Below the pieces are notes generated by a model that did no database searches, was not told where the DNA came from, and was given only the letters and a program-made list of their open reading frames with translations. A DNA stretch of 64,000 nucleotides from Octopus sinensis (taxonomy: Eukaryota), in contig NC_043000.1 of assembly GCF_006345805.1 (NCBI RefSeq), forward strand, positions 32,240,001 to 32,304,000. Reading direction: 5' to 3'. Positions within the stretch are counted from its first letter, which is position 1, and each line of letters starts with the position of its first letter. Made by a program: the position numbers and the translations under genes. Shown here piece by piece: positions 24,000 through 36,514 of this stretch.

Positions 24000-24971
24000 T
24001 ACTAATCAAAATATAAAAGATTCAAAATTTCAAAACACTTAGAAGATTGTAAACTGCTCTGTGTTAACCGAAAATATTAAAGCGTTTTGTGGTAGTAGAA
24101 GATATTAAATAGTTTTGTGTTTACAGAAGTTGAACAACTCTATGTTAGAAGACATTAAACAGTTTTGTGTTAACAGGACATATCAAACTGTCAACAGAAG
24201 GTATTAAACTGATGTGTTAACAGGAGATATTAAACAGCATTAAGATCATCATCAACGTTTAATGTCTGTCTTCCATGCATGCATGGGTAAGACGGTTGAT
24301 GGAGCCAGCCAGGTAAAATACTACCCCATGCTATTGTGTCTGATTTGGCAGGATTTTTATGGCTGGATGCCCTTCTTAACACCAACCACTCTGCAGAATG
24401 GACTCAATGCATTTTACATGGCCTTCCAAATGCCAACCATGTTAGTGTGGACTGGATGCTTTTTATGTGACCCCAGCACTGGCAGGGTCACCAAGTAACC
24501 CACAAGATAAGGAATTATGAGAGGCAGGAACATTTGAGGAAGGGAACTTGTGTCAGAGGATGAAAGTTTAGAGTGTGACAGAGAGACAGAAACAGGTGTC
24601 TTGCTATAACAGGTGTCTTGCTATAACAGGTGGGAGGGGGCATTGGCGGAGGTGAACCATTATCAAATGATGAAAGGTTAGAGTGTAACAGAGAAAAAGA
24701 GAGGCAGAAACAGAGGAGGTATATGGTTACCCAGCAAAAGAGAGAGAGAAAGGGGGAAGGAAACAGAGAGGGAGAGAGAGGGAAGGAAACGAAGAGAGAG
24801 GGAGGGAGAGAGAGAGAAAGGAACAAGAAAGAGGACAGAAATAAATATTAAACTATTTTCCCTTAACAGGAGATATTAAATTGTTTTTGTTTCGTTATTT
24901 TTTTCTCCTCTTTTTTTTTTTGAGATTTTAAACTGTTTTGTGTTTACAGAAGATGTGAAACTTTTACATAC

Positions 24972-25030
24972 GGCAATGGTAACTGTGTCAGCATCGTCCG
25001 TGTTTTCAACTTCAGGAAGTTTGCCTTCAA
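24972..25030 (-). CDS. SNX14: SNX14 exon H: EGKLPEVENTDDADTVTIA
   Basis: 59 nt, CTCTTACAG|TT...GCC|GTATGT, phase 1->0. EG.LP and acidic stretch as in the SNX14 RGS-PX linker. Confidence 0.8.
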
Positions 25031-25186
25031 CTGTAAGAGAAAATATCAGAAACATAGGATGTAATATTTTTATATCCAAAATAACAATGTAATCGAAGAT
25101 ATGCAAAACCCAAGAGAAAGTATGGATATGTCTGCTCAGATAGAGAAAAGCTAGGTAAAACATTTGAAGAAAGAGAACCGGAGGTA

Positions 25187-25815
25187 CAGGGTGCAATGGG
25201 TAGATTGTTGCCATTTTATATTTTTAATTTCATGCATGTGCATTGTTTGTTTTTGATTTTGTTCACTACACAGTATAGTAGGGTCAGCTGGGCACCATCT
25301 GTGAGAAAAATAGCACCATGACACAATTCACTCAGCCAGAAATTTGGAAATGACATGGTGCACCTCCAATACAAATATTTCAGAATGTTTGGGTGTCAAT
25401 CTGAGGACAGTACAGAGGATTTGGAAAGAGTTGGATGAGTCTAATGGTGTTTATGAAGGTATGGCAGCTCGGAAAACTCACTCTGATCATTCTGATAAGA
25501 ACAGAACTCCTGAATTTGTTGGTGAGATCCAGGCCATGATTGACAGTGATCCTTCCAAGTCAGTCAGATCCATTTCCAGAGACATGGAAGTGTCCAAGTT
25601 TCTTATCAGGTAGGTAGTACATGAAGACATTTGGTACTCCTCATACAAGATGAGAAGGGGCCAATTTTTACCCCAAGCCATCAAGGACAAGAGGAAAGAC
25701 CACACTATGATGCTTTTGAACAAACTAAAGAATCCTTTTCAACTGAACATGCTTTGGTTTTTTTCAGACGAGAAAAATTTCTGCCAGGATCAGATGGTAA
25801 ACACACAGAACAACT
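25187..25815 (+). mobile_element. 5' half of a Tc1/mariner (maT-like) transposon
   Basis: TA|CAGGGTG start. HTH-like NTNISECLGVNLRTVQRIWKEL and the first catalytic motif WFFSDEKNF are present; truncated afterwards. A second fragment of the same family lies at 27945-28112. Confidence 0.75.
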
Positions 25816-26412
25816 ATAATTTAGATGAAAATTTATTCACTGCACTCTTCTATTTATAAGCTTTCATTGAAAGCAATCAAGGACTCATAAGATATACACA
25901 TTTAATTAACTTAGGATAGCCTTTAAAACACAACCTCCTAATTAATACTGAGTCAACGTACTACCTTTTATGGTTGCACAACTGAACAATCTACTAACTA
26001 TGTCTCTGACTGGTCAAGTGTGACTGACTTTTATGAACATGCACATTCTGTTGAAGCCGTAATCTCTAACCATCATTGGCCTCATTTGGGAATCAAACCA
26101 GATCAATAACTAATGGTTGACAGGACCCCCTCTGGTAGGTGTGTCAGTGGACTCTGCCACCACAATCCTCACAGGAATATAAACTGTATAATAATGTTGG
26201 GTGGATTGTTTCCTTCGACTGTTATCTACCCAGGTAGATATCCCTTTCAAACAGAGATAATTACCAAAACATACACTCAAGTGTGTCTAAAGCAATTTTC
26301 CATCAATTGGCACTAAATTCTTCTGTTGAGATAAAATGGTGTCAACAAATATACAAAGATCTGGCACCAAAGAGGTTTCAAACTAACATGATCAGCAATA
26401 TAACTAACTTAC

Positions 26413-26486
26413 TTGAAGAACTTTTAAATACTTCTTTGATTTTATTACCAAAGTTAGAGAAACCAAATTCTTTCTTTTTCTGGGGC
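26413..26486 (-). CDS. SNX14: SNX14 exon G: PQKKKEFGFSNFGNKIKEVFKSSS(I)
   Basis: 74 nt, long pyrimidine tract then AAAG|G...A|GTAAGT, phase 2->1. Matches SNX14 FG.S..G.KIK.VFKS. Confidence 0.88.
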
Positions 26487-28584
26487 CTTTTGAAAGAAAA
26501 AAAAAGGAAAAAAATTAATAAATTAAAATCAAATTAAAGATACAATATTCCATTGCTGTTTACAAAATATGATACATTTTTGAACAATTTTCTTTTTTTT
26601 TTTAACTTTAATTATGGTTTCTCATAAATATAAAATCTGAGATTTTTTAAAAAAAGAAAGAAAATGAAAATTGAGAGTTGTTTCTCAAGAAAACTCACAT
26701 TTGTGATGCATGTGAAAGTGGAAAGGCTCTTATTAGGAATTAAAACTGAGTTGTGGACTCAGTCCCCTAAAGCTCTTAAATAAAAGGCTATGCTAATATG
26801 TGATACACAGTTAATTTAAATTAAATTAAAAACCATTCTGACCCAAATCATTAGTAATACTATGTGCCATTAATACTTATAATTTGGGTAAATAGTTTTT
26901 TAATTAATTCAATTATGTATCATAATTAAATAATTATAATTTAATCACATTTATCCTGATGAAACAACTGTAGAACACAAAGTATGAATTATATGTGAAA
27001 TTCATGCTTTTCTGCTTTTAAAAATATTTCATAATGCCTTGAGATGACATAAGGTCACTGTGGAAGAATAGTAAACTTCCACAAGTGTTCAAACCATTTT
27101 ACTCAAGTTATTTTCACTGCTCTGAGCTTCTCCCATAGTTCATTACTGGTATCCATATTTCCAGACTGAAACCTTCTAAACCAACACTAAACCAATTCCC
27201 ATTGTTGTGGTCTTCCCTTCAGACACTGTGTCAAGGCTTACAGCAGTATTTATGCTCAAATTTACTTTCCTGCTTGGAAATTAGTCTCAGTTCTTTGGTA
27301 GGTACCATCACTGCTAGCAGATCAAGAACTTATAATAATAATAATTATAGCTTCATTTAAATTAAATCTGAATAATTAAGATACAAATACACAAGTAATC
27401 ATTCATAATTAGTAGCATTTGTCATGATATAAAAGAAAAACTGAATACCGATTATTTTAACATTATATAAATGTAACATCAAGTTGTTTAAGTGTGTGTG
27501 TGTGTGTATGAGGGAGGAGAGGGTATGAGAATCATTAATTTCATTTCAACAGCTTGAAACAAAATGGTATAATTAATGAAATCAATGAACTTGTCAACTT
27601 GATCAGTTCTAAAAAGCATGAAATGCCAAACAAACATTTAACAAAATTCCCTAAAATTGGTTTGGCACAATACTTTTTGACCAACTCTGGTCACATAACA
27701 ATATATAACAAACACAACAGTTGTAATATAAAGACAAACACAAATTAATTAATATTAAATGATTATCATTATTTCTTATAAACAGTTGCAAAAGAGCTAA
27801 AGGTTTATGCCTCAAAGGACTAAATTGTTGATCTAAGTTCAATTTCAGAATGAAAGCCACCATATCACTTACACTGTTAATAAGTTTCAGCAATAAGTGT
27901 CACACAACCTCTAATGCTTAATATCTTGTGTAAAGCCAGAAATCAATAGTGTGCTTTCTTGTAATGATTTGGAAACGGCATGGTGTATCTCCAATACAAA
28001 CATTTCAGAATGTTTGTGTGTCAATCTGAGAACAGTAAAGAGGATTTGGAAAGAGTTGGATGAGTCTAATGGTGATTATGAAGGTATGGCAGCTCGGAAA
28101 ACTCACTCTGTACAAATCATTACAAGAAAGCAAAATCAGGATTTCAACAACCTCAGAGGTTAAATAAACGATGAGCAATATTTCAAACACATATTGAAAC
28201 GTGTCATAGGATGATTTGCACGTAAACATATAGCTACACATATACACACACATAAGTGCATAGATGACTACAAATATTTCAACAACCAGTTACTCAAAAG
28301 AAATTTGGAATTAAAAAGTAAAACCATCTTATTGACATTTGTATGTGACAGAGAAATAATCTGATACTGACAAACATCTCCAGAATTCATTTTGTCAGGC
28401 ATGTTGTCATAAGAGGACAAATCTTAGAATTCTTTAATGTCACAGGGTATGAAAACAAAGTACTCTCATAGTACTAGCATCCCCACTGCACACCCTGAAG
28501 TGGCTGAGAGCACCCTTTAGACTTGTCAAGGAATTAACAATCTCTCTACTGCTGGGGCTATGAGGATATATATCCAGTGTATAT

Positions 28585-28818
28585 ATAAGGCGGCGGCGAG
28601 CTGGCAGAATCATTAGCAAGCCAGGTGAAATACTTAGCGGTATGTCGTCTGCCGTTACATTCTGAGTTCAAATTCCGCCGAGGTCTACTTTGCCTTTCAT
28701 CCTTTCGGGGTCGATAAATTAAGTACCAGTTATGCAATGAGGTCGATGTAATCGACTAAATCCGTTTGTCCTTGTTTCTCCCCTCTATGTTTAGCCCTTT
28801 GTGGGTAATAAAGAAACA
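28585..28818 (+). mobile_element. tRNA-headed SINE, family 3, with 20-bp TSD
   Basis: TSD GATATATATCCAGTGTATAT at 28565-28584 and 28819-28838. Confidence 0.88.
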
Positions 28819-29324
28819 GATATATATCCAGTGTATATTGTAATGTGGTTGGTGATAGGAAGGGTACCCAATCATAGAAACTGTGAAAACAAAACATACA
28901 AATGAGATGCAATCACTGTGTTTAAGAGTAGTAATTCCTAGTGGGAACCGATTCAGACAATCTGCCCAACCTATGCCGGATGGGAAGTAAATGGAAAGTG
29001 ATGAGGAGGAGGAGGATGACAAATGTTGTATTGTTAAATTAGTCATGTGACCAAGGCATCATACAAGATTCAGCAATTGCGCCAGCCATTTCTGACCCAA
29101 ACATTCTACCTATCCTGTGTTCAAGCTAGCCACATTCAACCACTCACATCTAATACATTTCTATATTTAAGAGATGAGGAATTATGTACATTATTTATCT
29201 AGAAACTCTGCCAGATCAGATTGGAGCCTGGTGCAGCCATCTGGTTTGCCAGACAGCAGTCAAATTGTCCAACCCATGCTAGCATGGAAAGCGGATGTTA
29301 AACGATGATGATGACGATGATTTA

Positions 29325-30597
29325 TCAGGTCATCCCATAAGTTCTGTCCGATTTTACCTTTTTTAAAATTGAATGAAATTTAATAGTATTGTAGAATGTC
29401 TAATGGAATTAAAAATTATTTTTATGCACTTGTGTACATTTAAACTAATTAAATATTATTTTACAGAATAATAGAATTAAAATTTCTTTGATTAAAACCC
29501 TTTCTAACATGGAAGTATCCAAAGAGCATTTAAGGCATATAATGCTTTATGAGTACAAAAAAGGAAACTCTGAAGCGACTCAAAACATACACTCAGTTTA
29601 TGGGAAAGAATGCTTGAATGAAAGAACTTGCAGAAGACGGTTTGCAAAATTCAGGAGTGGAGACTTCAGCCTTGAAGATGAAGATCAAACAGGACATCCA
29701 GTTGAGTTTGATGATAAGTTCCTTGAGGCATTACTTGAAGAAAATCCTGCATTATCAGGTGAAGAATTGGCAATAAAGTTTAGTTCAAACCATACAACTG
29801 TTCGTCATCTTCAACAACTTGGAAAGGTTCCTAAACTTGGAAAATATGTGCCTCATGAATTGTCCGAAAGCAACCACAAATCCCGAGTTGACATCTGCTC
29901 TTCTCTCCATTCTCGCAAACTCATTTCACCCTTTTTGGATAGACTCGTGACTGGTGACGAAAAATGGATCTTCTATTGAAATGTTAAACGTTGTAAACAG
30001 TAGCTTGGTAAAAGGGAAAAAGCCCAACCACAACTGAGAAGGGAACTTCATGGGAAAAAGGTTCTCTCTATCTAGTGGGATTGCAAAGGAGTAATTCACT
30101 TTGAATTGTTACCACCTAATGCAACAATCAATGCTCAAGTCTACTGTCAGCAATTAGAGCATTTGAACCAAGCTTTGAAGAAAAAAGACCCACTTTAGTG
30201 ATTCGAAAAGGAGTGATGTATCATCAGGACAATGCATGACCCCTCACTGCAAAGATCACATCACAGAAAATTGAAGAGCTTGGTTGGGAAAAAATTCCTC
30301 ATCCACCTTATTTTCCCGACCTTGCTCCTTCAGACTACCATTTGCTTCATTGTTTACAGAAGCATTTGGGGGACGTAACTTTCGCAAGCCAGGAGGAGGT
30401 CAAAACTGACATTTCAGAGTTCTACGCTTTGAAACCAAGAGTTTTACATTGATGGGATTAAAAAGCTTGTAAATAGATGGAAGGAAGTCATAGATAATCA
30501 GGGAAAGTACATTGATGATTAAATTTCAATCAAATAAAACATTTGATCACTTGTTTTCTTTATTCAAATTTCAGACAGAACTTATGGGATGACCTGA
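29325..30597 (+). mobile_element. Full-length (1273 bp) inactive mariner transposon, DD34D type
   Basis: TA TSDs (29323-24, 30598-99); 24-bp perfect TIR TCAGGTCATCCCATAAGTTCTGTC. Transposase 29509-30522 has the motifs TGDEKW, HQDNA and PDLAPSDY, with several stops (first at 29977-79) and frameshifts. Confidence 0.95.
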
Positions 30598-30600
30598 TAT

Positions 30601-31004
30601 ATTATTTACATTTGACGGATATTTGTCATCATCTTGTTTGTTGTTAACACAATGTTTCGGCTGATATACCCTCCAGCCTACATCAGGTGTCTTGGAGAAA
30701 TTTCAAACCTGGGTTCTCATTCCTAAGGTATTTTTTGATATTATTATTATTATTATTCAGGTCACTGCCTGGACATATGCCCATGGGCATGTGGTGTAAT
30801 GGTTAACAACAACAACAACAACAGCAGCAGCAGCAGCAGCAGCAGCAGTAGCAGCAGCAACAACAATGAAAAATACCTTAGGAATGAGAACCCAGGTTCG
30901 AAATTTCCCCAAGACACCTGATGAAGGCTGGAGGGTATATCAGCCGAAACATGTTAACAACAAAGAAGATGAGGACAAATTATCTGTCAAATGTAAATAA
31001 TGTA
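30601..31004. mobile_element. Palindromic element with a hammerhead-like motif in each arm (Penelope-like-associated, non-autonomous)
   Basis: About 135-bp inverted arms 30601-30736 / 30869-31004; central near-palindrome CATATGCCCATGGGCATGTG (30774-30793). The left arm continues at 29160-29197 beyond nested insertions. Confidence 0.7.
30913..30956 (+). ncRNA. Minimal type-I hammerhead ribozyme-like motif (stem I damaged)
   Basis: CTGATGA(30918-24)-A-GGCTG/CAGCC 5-bp stem II-GAAA(30946-49). The 3' strand of stem I is shortened by a 3-nt deletion relative to the mirror copy. Confidence 0.6.
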
Positions 31005-33479
31005 CTCTCACATTTAGCCTACAATGTCACTCTAAATATGCACAATCACATCTTCCAAATTTCAAAGCTACAAGATAATACAGGATTAATTCAAAACAAT
31101 GTGAATAAATAAGGATTACATTTTGACAAAGCAATCAGAATGCTAAAGGATTAAAAGTTTACTCAAAGACAAATTTGCACAAGAATTTTTAATTGAATTC
31201 AAAGACAGAGAATTCCAAAATGGATTTCCATTCTGGATGCATGGAATATGATAGCAATGTCATGGGAGCAAATCTAAGAGAGGAGTGTTCAAAACTGTAG
31301 CAAAAAAAGAAGAAAGCCAATTACAGAGAACTTTTGACAAACGACAATTCTTGAAACAAAAGCATTTGGAAATTGGTTGGCTATGAATAATAAAGGTGAA
31401 GCAGGAGATACAATGAGAGAAATATTTCAAGTTGGTTCTGATGGTGACACTAAATTAGAAGAAGAGAATTAACCAAAAACTTAAAGAAATGTCAGCTCTT
31501 CTAACCAAAATGCAGAAAGCAAGAACATCTCAAAGCATTTCGTTATATCATGCAACACAGAATGCTAGAATTTCAAAAGCAATATGTGTGTGAGTGACAT
31601 TATATATCCATAAATGAAATAAATGTAAAGAAGAGTGGATGAGATTTTAAGTAAATAATAATAAAAATAAGAATTTAGGGAATTTAATCCATAACACTAA
31701 CATGTTCTTCATATTCCCTCTCTCATCATCTCCCCCCCCTCTTACAACTTCTCCCCACCCAAATTCCCTCTTCACCTGTCCTTACTCAATTCTCTTCACC
31801 CTGTATCTTGACTCTCCACCCTCACAACCCACCCCCATCATTTTTATCTCTCCACTTCCACCCCAATCAACCCCATCATTTCTTCTATCATGTGAGTAAC
31901 CAAGTGGTACCTCTACAGCTACAAACATCTTCTGTTCTGACCCCACCCACCCCCTCTCTCACTCTCGTTTTACCCACTCATCTCTTAGCATAAAGCCACC
32001 TCCCTCCCTCTCCCCCATCAAAGGGGATTTTAGTCCTGCAGGCTGTATGGCAACCTCAACCAATGCAAATAACAACATGGTAGGCATTAAGAAGACTATC
32101 CATCCATAAAAACCATGCCAAACGAAGCAAACACTAGAACTTCACGCAATCTTTGAACACTTCAGATCTTGTCAAACTGTCCAGGCCATTCCAATATGGA
32201 AATGGACATTGAATGATATTTTCATTTCAATAATATAAATTGTATAATATTTTTGTAAGAATGATTTAAATAATTTATAAAATTTTTAAATAAATAACTT
32301 AACACATTTGAACTGTTTTACAGAATATACAACATGTTCATTTTCACAGTAGAATCCAGATAAATACTGTATATTGAAAATGCAGACTGACTCAGAGACA
32401 TCTATAGTAAAGGATTAGATTAACATAATAAAGTTTCTAAGTTTTCATTTGAGCATTAGCTAACAAGGCACTTGTTTATTTAAATGTGAATTTTTTAACA
32501 GTCCCCCCCACACACACACACACATTCCTCTAAATATTTTATTACAACTTTTCTTTAAAAAAAAAGTCATTTGATTTGTAGGTTTTAAACAACAGAAAGT
32601 CAAACTCTGTAATAAAATTCTTTTAAATAAAAGTTTGGAAAACCTTTCAGCACAAATATGAATTATTGAGGTTTTGTTTAGGGTTACTCAAAGATGAGAA
32701 GTCACCACATTCTAAGTTCCTATATTGTAGATTATTATACTTATAAAAACAATTATTCAATGAAATAAACTTAAGGATGGAGTGTCACCCTATTTTCAAA
32801 ATTACATAGTAAAATAACCAAGTATTGTATTACAGTATCCCATCCAACCAAGACCTCTACTAAATACTTAAGACAATCATATCTCTTCAGAGCTCCAAAG
32901 TTCCCACTGCAACCTTAGACATGGCAATAATTGAATCATAAGACCAATTGTATCAATATCTGTTATCCCCCACCACCATCCCTGCTACAAATTCTAGAAG
33001 CTGTTATGGCTTTGGTCACTCCCCCAGGGACCTATATAAACAATGACCGCAATGGCTGTGCAAATCAATCATGACCTACATATTGAATTCTTCATGAAAA
33101 GTGCATTTGAACTAACTCTCCTTCAGCAGGAAGCAACTGCATTTTGAAATTTGAAATTAGGAAGTTTTAAAGACACACACACACACACACGTGTGTGTGT
33201 GTGTGATATAGAAGCAGTGGAATCTCATGAAGCATTCAAATGAATGAAATTGAATTTCTTTCTAATCACTTTCGATATGACAGTCATGTATAGAGATTAA
33301 GAGTCTTGTAGAAAAGGAGTAGCAGAAGAAAGAAAGAAAATGGAATAAATAAAAATCAATAGACTCAATGGGAGATTTTCACCAGTGATTTATGAGGAGT
33401 TCTTTTATAGAATTTAAATTGGTCTAAACTGACTGGTTCTGGTCTTCAGACATTGTAATGCAGAATCTTTAAGACAGAG

Positions 33480-33850
33480 TCTAGCATAAAAGCAACATTG
33501 CAAGAGTAAAAATGTCATATTAACAGAAACAGAGTGAATCCTAGCAGAGCACCAAACTTGATAGCAACATGGCTTGAGTGACCGACAGTCTTGGAGTGGC
33601 AAATATTGTACAACATAAAACATGATGGCAACATGACTATACTGAAAGTACATCACACAAGATATAATAGCAACAGAAAGCATGATAGCAATATGGTTAT
33701 CGTAAATGTATTATAGAAAATATGATAGTAACTCAAGAGATGATAGCAACACAAAGCAAGATAGCAGCACAAAGCGGGATTGCAACATGGCTATAATAAA
33801 TGTAGAACACAGGCCATGATAGCAACATAAGGAATGGTGACAATAGAACT
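33480..33850. repeat. Degenerate short-period repeat built on GATAGCAACA
   Basis: Motif recurs about 10 times with variable spacing. Confidence 0.6.
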
Positions 33851-35012
33851 ACAGCAAATGTTGGATGGCAGAAAACAGTTCAGTCAAAACTTTCTCAATT
33901 TTCATTTTGCTCTTTCAGGTTTGGATGTATTTTACAGATCAACAAAGATCATCAGATATTTCCATTCCAGAAATTTGAAGAAATTCATCAAATCAATATC
34001 TTATTCTTGGATGCAAAAAGGGAAATGTTTTTACCCCACTCTTTGTCAAATCAATGATCTCTTTTGTATAATATTGGATTTCAAATAAACTTCCACAACA
34101 TGTAACCTCATTCTTCATCTTGTTAAGCTGGCAGAATGGGCAGCATGCCAGGCAAAAGGCTTAGCAGCATTTCTGCTGGCTCTTTACATTCTGAGTTCAA
34201 ATTCCACCAAGGTCAGCTTTGCCTTTAATCTTTTCAAGGTCAATGAAATAAGTAGCATTTGAGCATCACAATTCAGACAAATGACTTACCATTGCTGGCC
34301 TTCAGCCAAAATCATAAACAATTGTTATTACTATTATTATTATTATTATTATTATTATTATGATTATGATAATTATTATTATTAAATTTATCTATTTATA
34401 AACCAAGATTATTTCATGGCATGTGTCTCTTCAGTGTATCGGGTTTTCAACTATAAACAGGTTTAAATGCTGATTTTCTTGTGGGATGACCTGTATATAG
34501 TTAGCTAAGGTAAAAACGAATTCAAAGAATTTCTAATCGTGAAATGCTTATAAGTGACAGCAACACAACAATAGCAACCAAAAGAAATGTTTAACGTTGA
34601 CAAACAAATACTGAACACATTACTACAACATCGATAACACAACATCATTTAAAGATGAAAATATTACCGGTGATTATTAACAATTGGAGGCTTGGGAACA
34701 GCTATGACACTGCATGGAGAGATGACAGATTATTATTAATCAATTGGCTTGAATAACTGAAACAGCACAGCTTGTATTAGTTAACATTCAACAAAACACT
34801 TCACTGAAATATGCTTCAAAATAAATCAATAACTCAAAGGCAAATTTATTTTAATCATTTTTAAAATTAGTCTTTCCTCACTTCTCAATGAAGAGGTTTC
34901 ATGTTCAGTCCCAGCATAGGATACCCTTATCAAGTACCTTCTATAGTAGGCTTCAGCTAGCCAAAGCTTTGGGAATTAGTTTGATAAACAGAAACTTTGT
35001 GAAGGTATCCAT

Positions 35013-35050
<38 letters not shown>

Positions 35051-35079
35051 TGTGTGTGAGAGAATGAGAGAGAGAGAGA

Positions 35080-35126
<47 letters not shown>

Positions 35127-35647
35127 CTACAAACTGAATTTTTTTTTACACTTCCTGCTAAACAATGCTTCCGGTAACTCAGTGCTTTCAAAGAAGTGTG
35201 AAATATTTAAAAAATCCCTTATTTGTGTGTGTGTGTTGTTGTTGGTTTCTGGTCATCTCAACGTTTTGTGCCACTGCTTCCTCTGTAGCTTGATTGCACT
35301 GAAAAGTGGGTTCCACGCTGGCATGGGTAGGATGGTTTGACAGGTGCTGACCAGCCAGAGAGCTGTCTAGGCTCCAATTGTCTGATGAGGCATGGTTTCT
35401 ACAGCTGGAAGCCCATCCTAATAACACCAACCACCTTACGTAGTGTGCTGGGTGCTTTTTACATGCTGGTGACATGTAAAAACCAACCAGCATATATATA
35501 GATATATAGATTTGAATATATATATATCCCAACTTGCAGCTATACATGGTTTCAGGTCCCGTATGACAAGAGTGTGGCACCTTAGACAAGAGTCTCTTTC
35601 TTGGATTTGAAAGAAGGAAACGGCAAAAGCCTGTCATACATGTATGC

Positions 35648-35688
<41 letters not shown>

Positions 35689-36036
35689 CATATTATATAA
35701 GAGAGAGAGAGCATGTGAGTGATTTCCTATTTTCGTTGGTCACTGGTTCTAAACAATGACCTCACAGACGCTGTCATTTTCTTGCAGCTCACTTGTGAAA
35801 GCATGTCTGGGATTTTTTGACAGGCTGACTCTTTGCAAACAAAAAATGGCTTATTTTGATGTTGTTTACTTCCAATTCTCCATGTAATCACGTCTGGGCC
35901 ATTTGTTGTTCAATAGACTGAAAAATTATCACTTGGCTGGTGACAGGAATGGTATCTGGTTGTAGAAAATTCTGCTCTGACGTAACCTCTGACCCATGCA
36001 GGCACAGAAAATTAGATGTTAAAAGAATGATGATTT

Positions 36037-36069
<33 letters not shown>

Positions 36070-36514
36070 TGAATTTGATAAGAGGTTGTGTTAACCTCCT
36101 GAAGGGATGGTTTCATCCAAGGAAATACTGGTTCAATACCTAGAATTTTGGGAGAATTAATTTCCTTAAAATAAAAGGTATAAAAACATAGTTTATAAAA
36201 GAAGGAAAAGAAAATGGAGATTGGGAAGTTAATAATTATTTATTATTAACAGGAAATTAATCATCATCCCTTACAGCTGTTTCAATTAATACTCAGTAAA
36301 TATTAAATTTATATTCAGTCTGCTAAAATGAATCCATAAATACATATAAAACATCCAATGGTATATTTTTTCCCCTCTGAAGATATTATGTTCAGGTCAT
36401 GTAAATTTAATATTTACTGGGTGTTAATCAAAACAACAGTAAGGGATCATGATTAATTTGCTGTTAATAACAAACAATTAACTTCCCAATCTCTATTTTC
36501 TTAAATATATATAT

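Noticed and set aside
29488-29979. 163-aa transposase ORF as an active or host-fused (SETMAR-like) gene
   Set aside because: It stops right after the first catalytic Asp, downstream motifs are broken by stops and frameshifts, and it is on the opposite strand to SNX14.
35870-35917. Frame-preserving 48-nt candidate exon (LLNNKWPRRDYMENW) in intron F-G
   Set aside because: Short pyrimidine tract, mediocre GTAAAC donor, no resemblance to SNX14; expected by chance in 22 kb.
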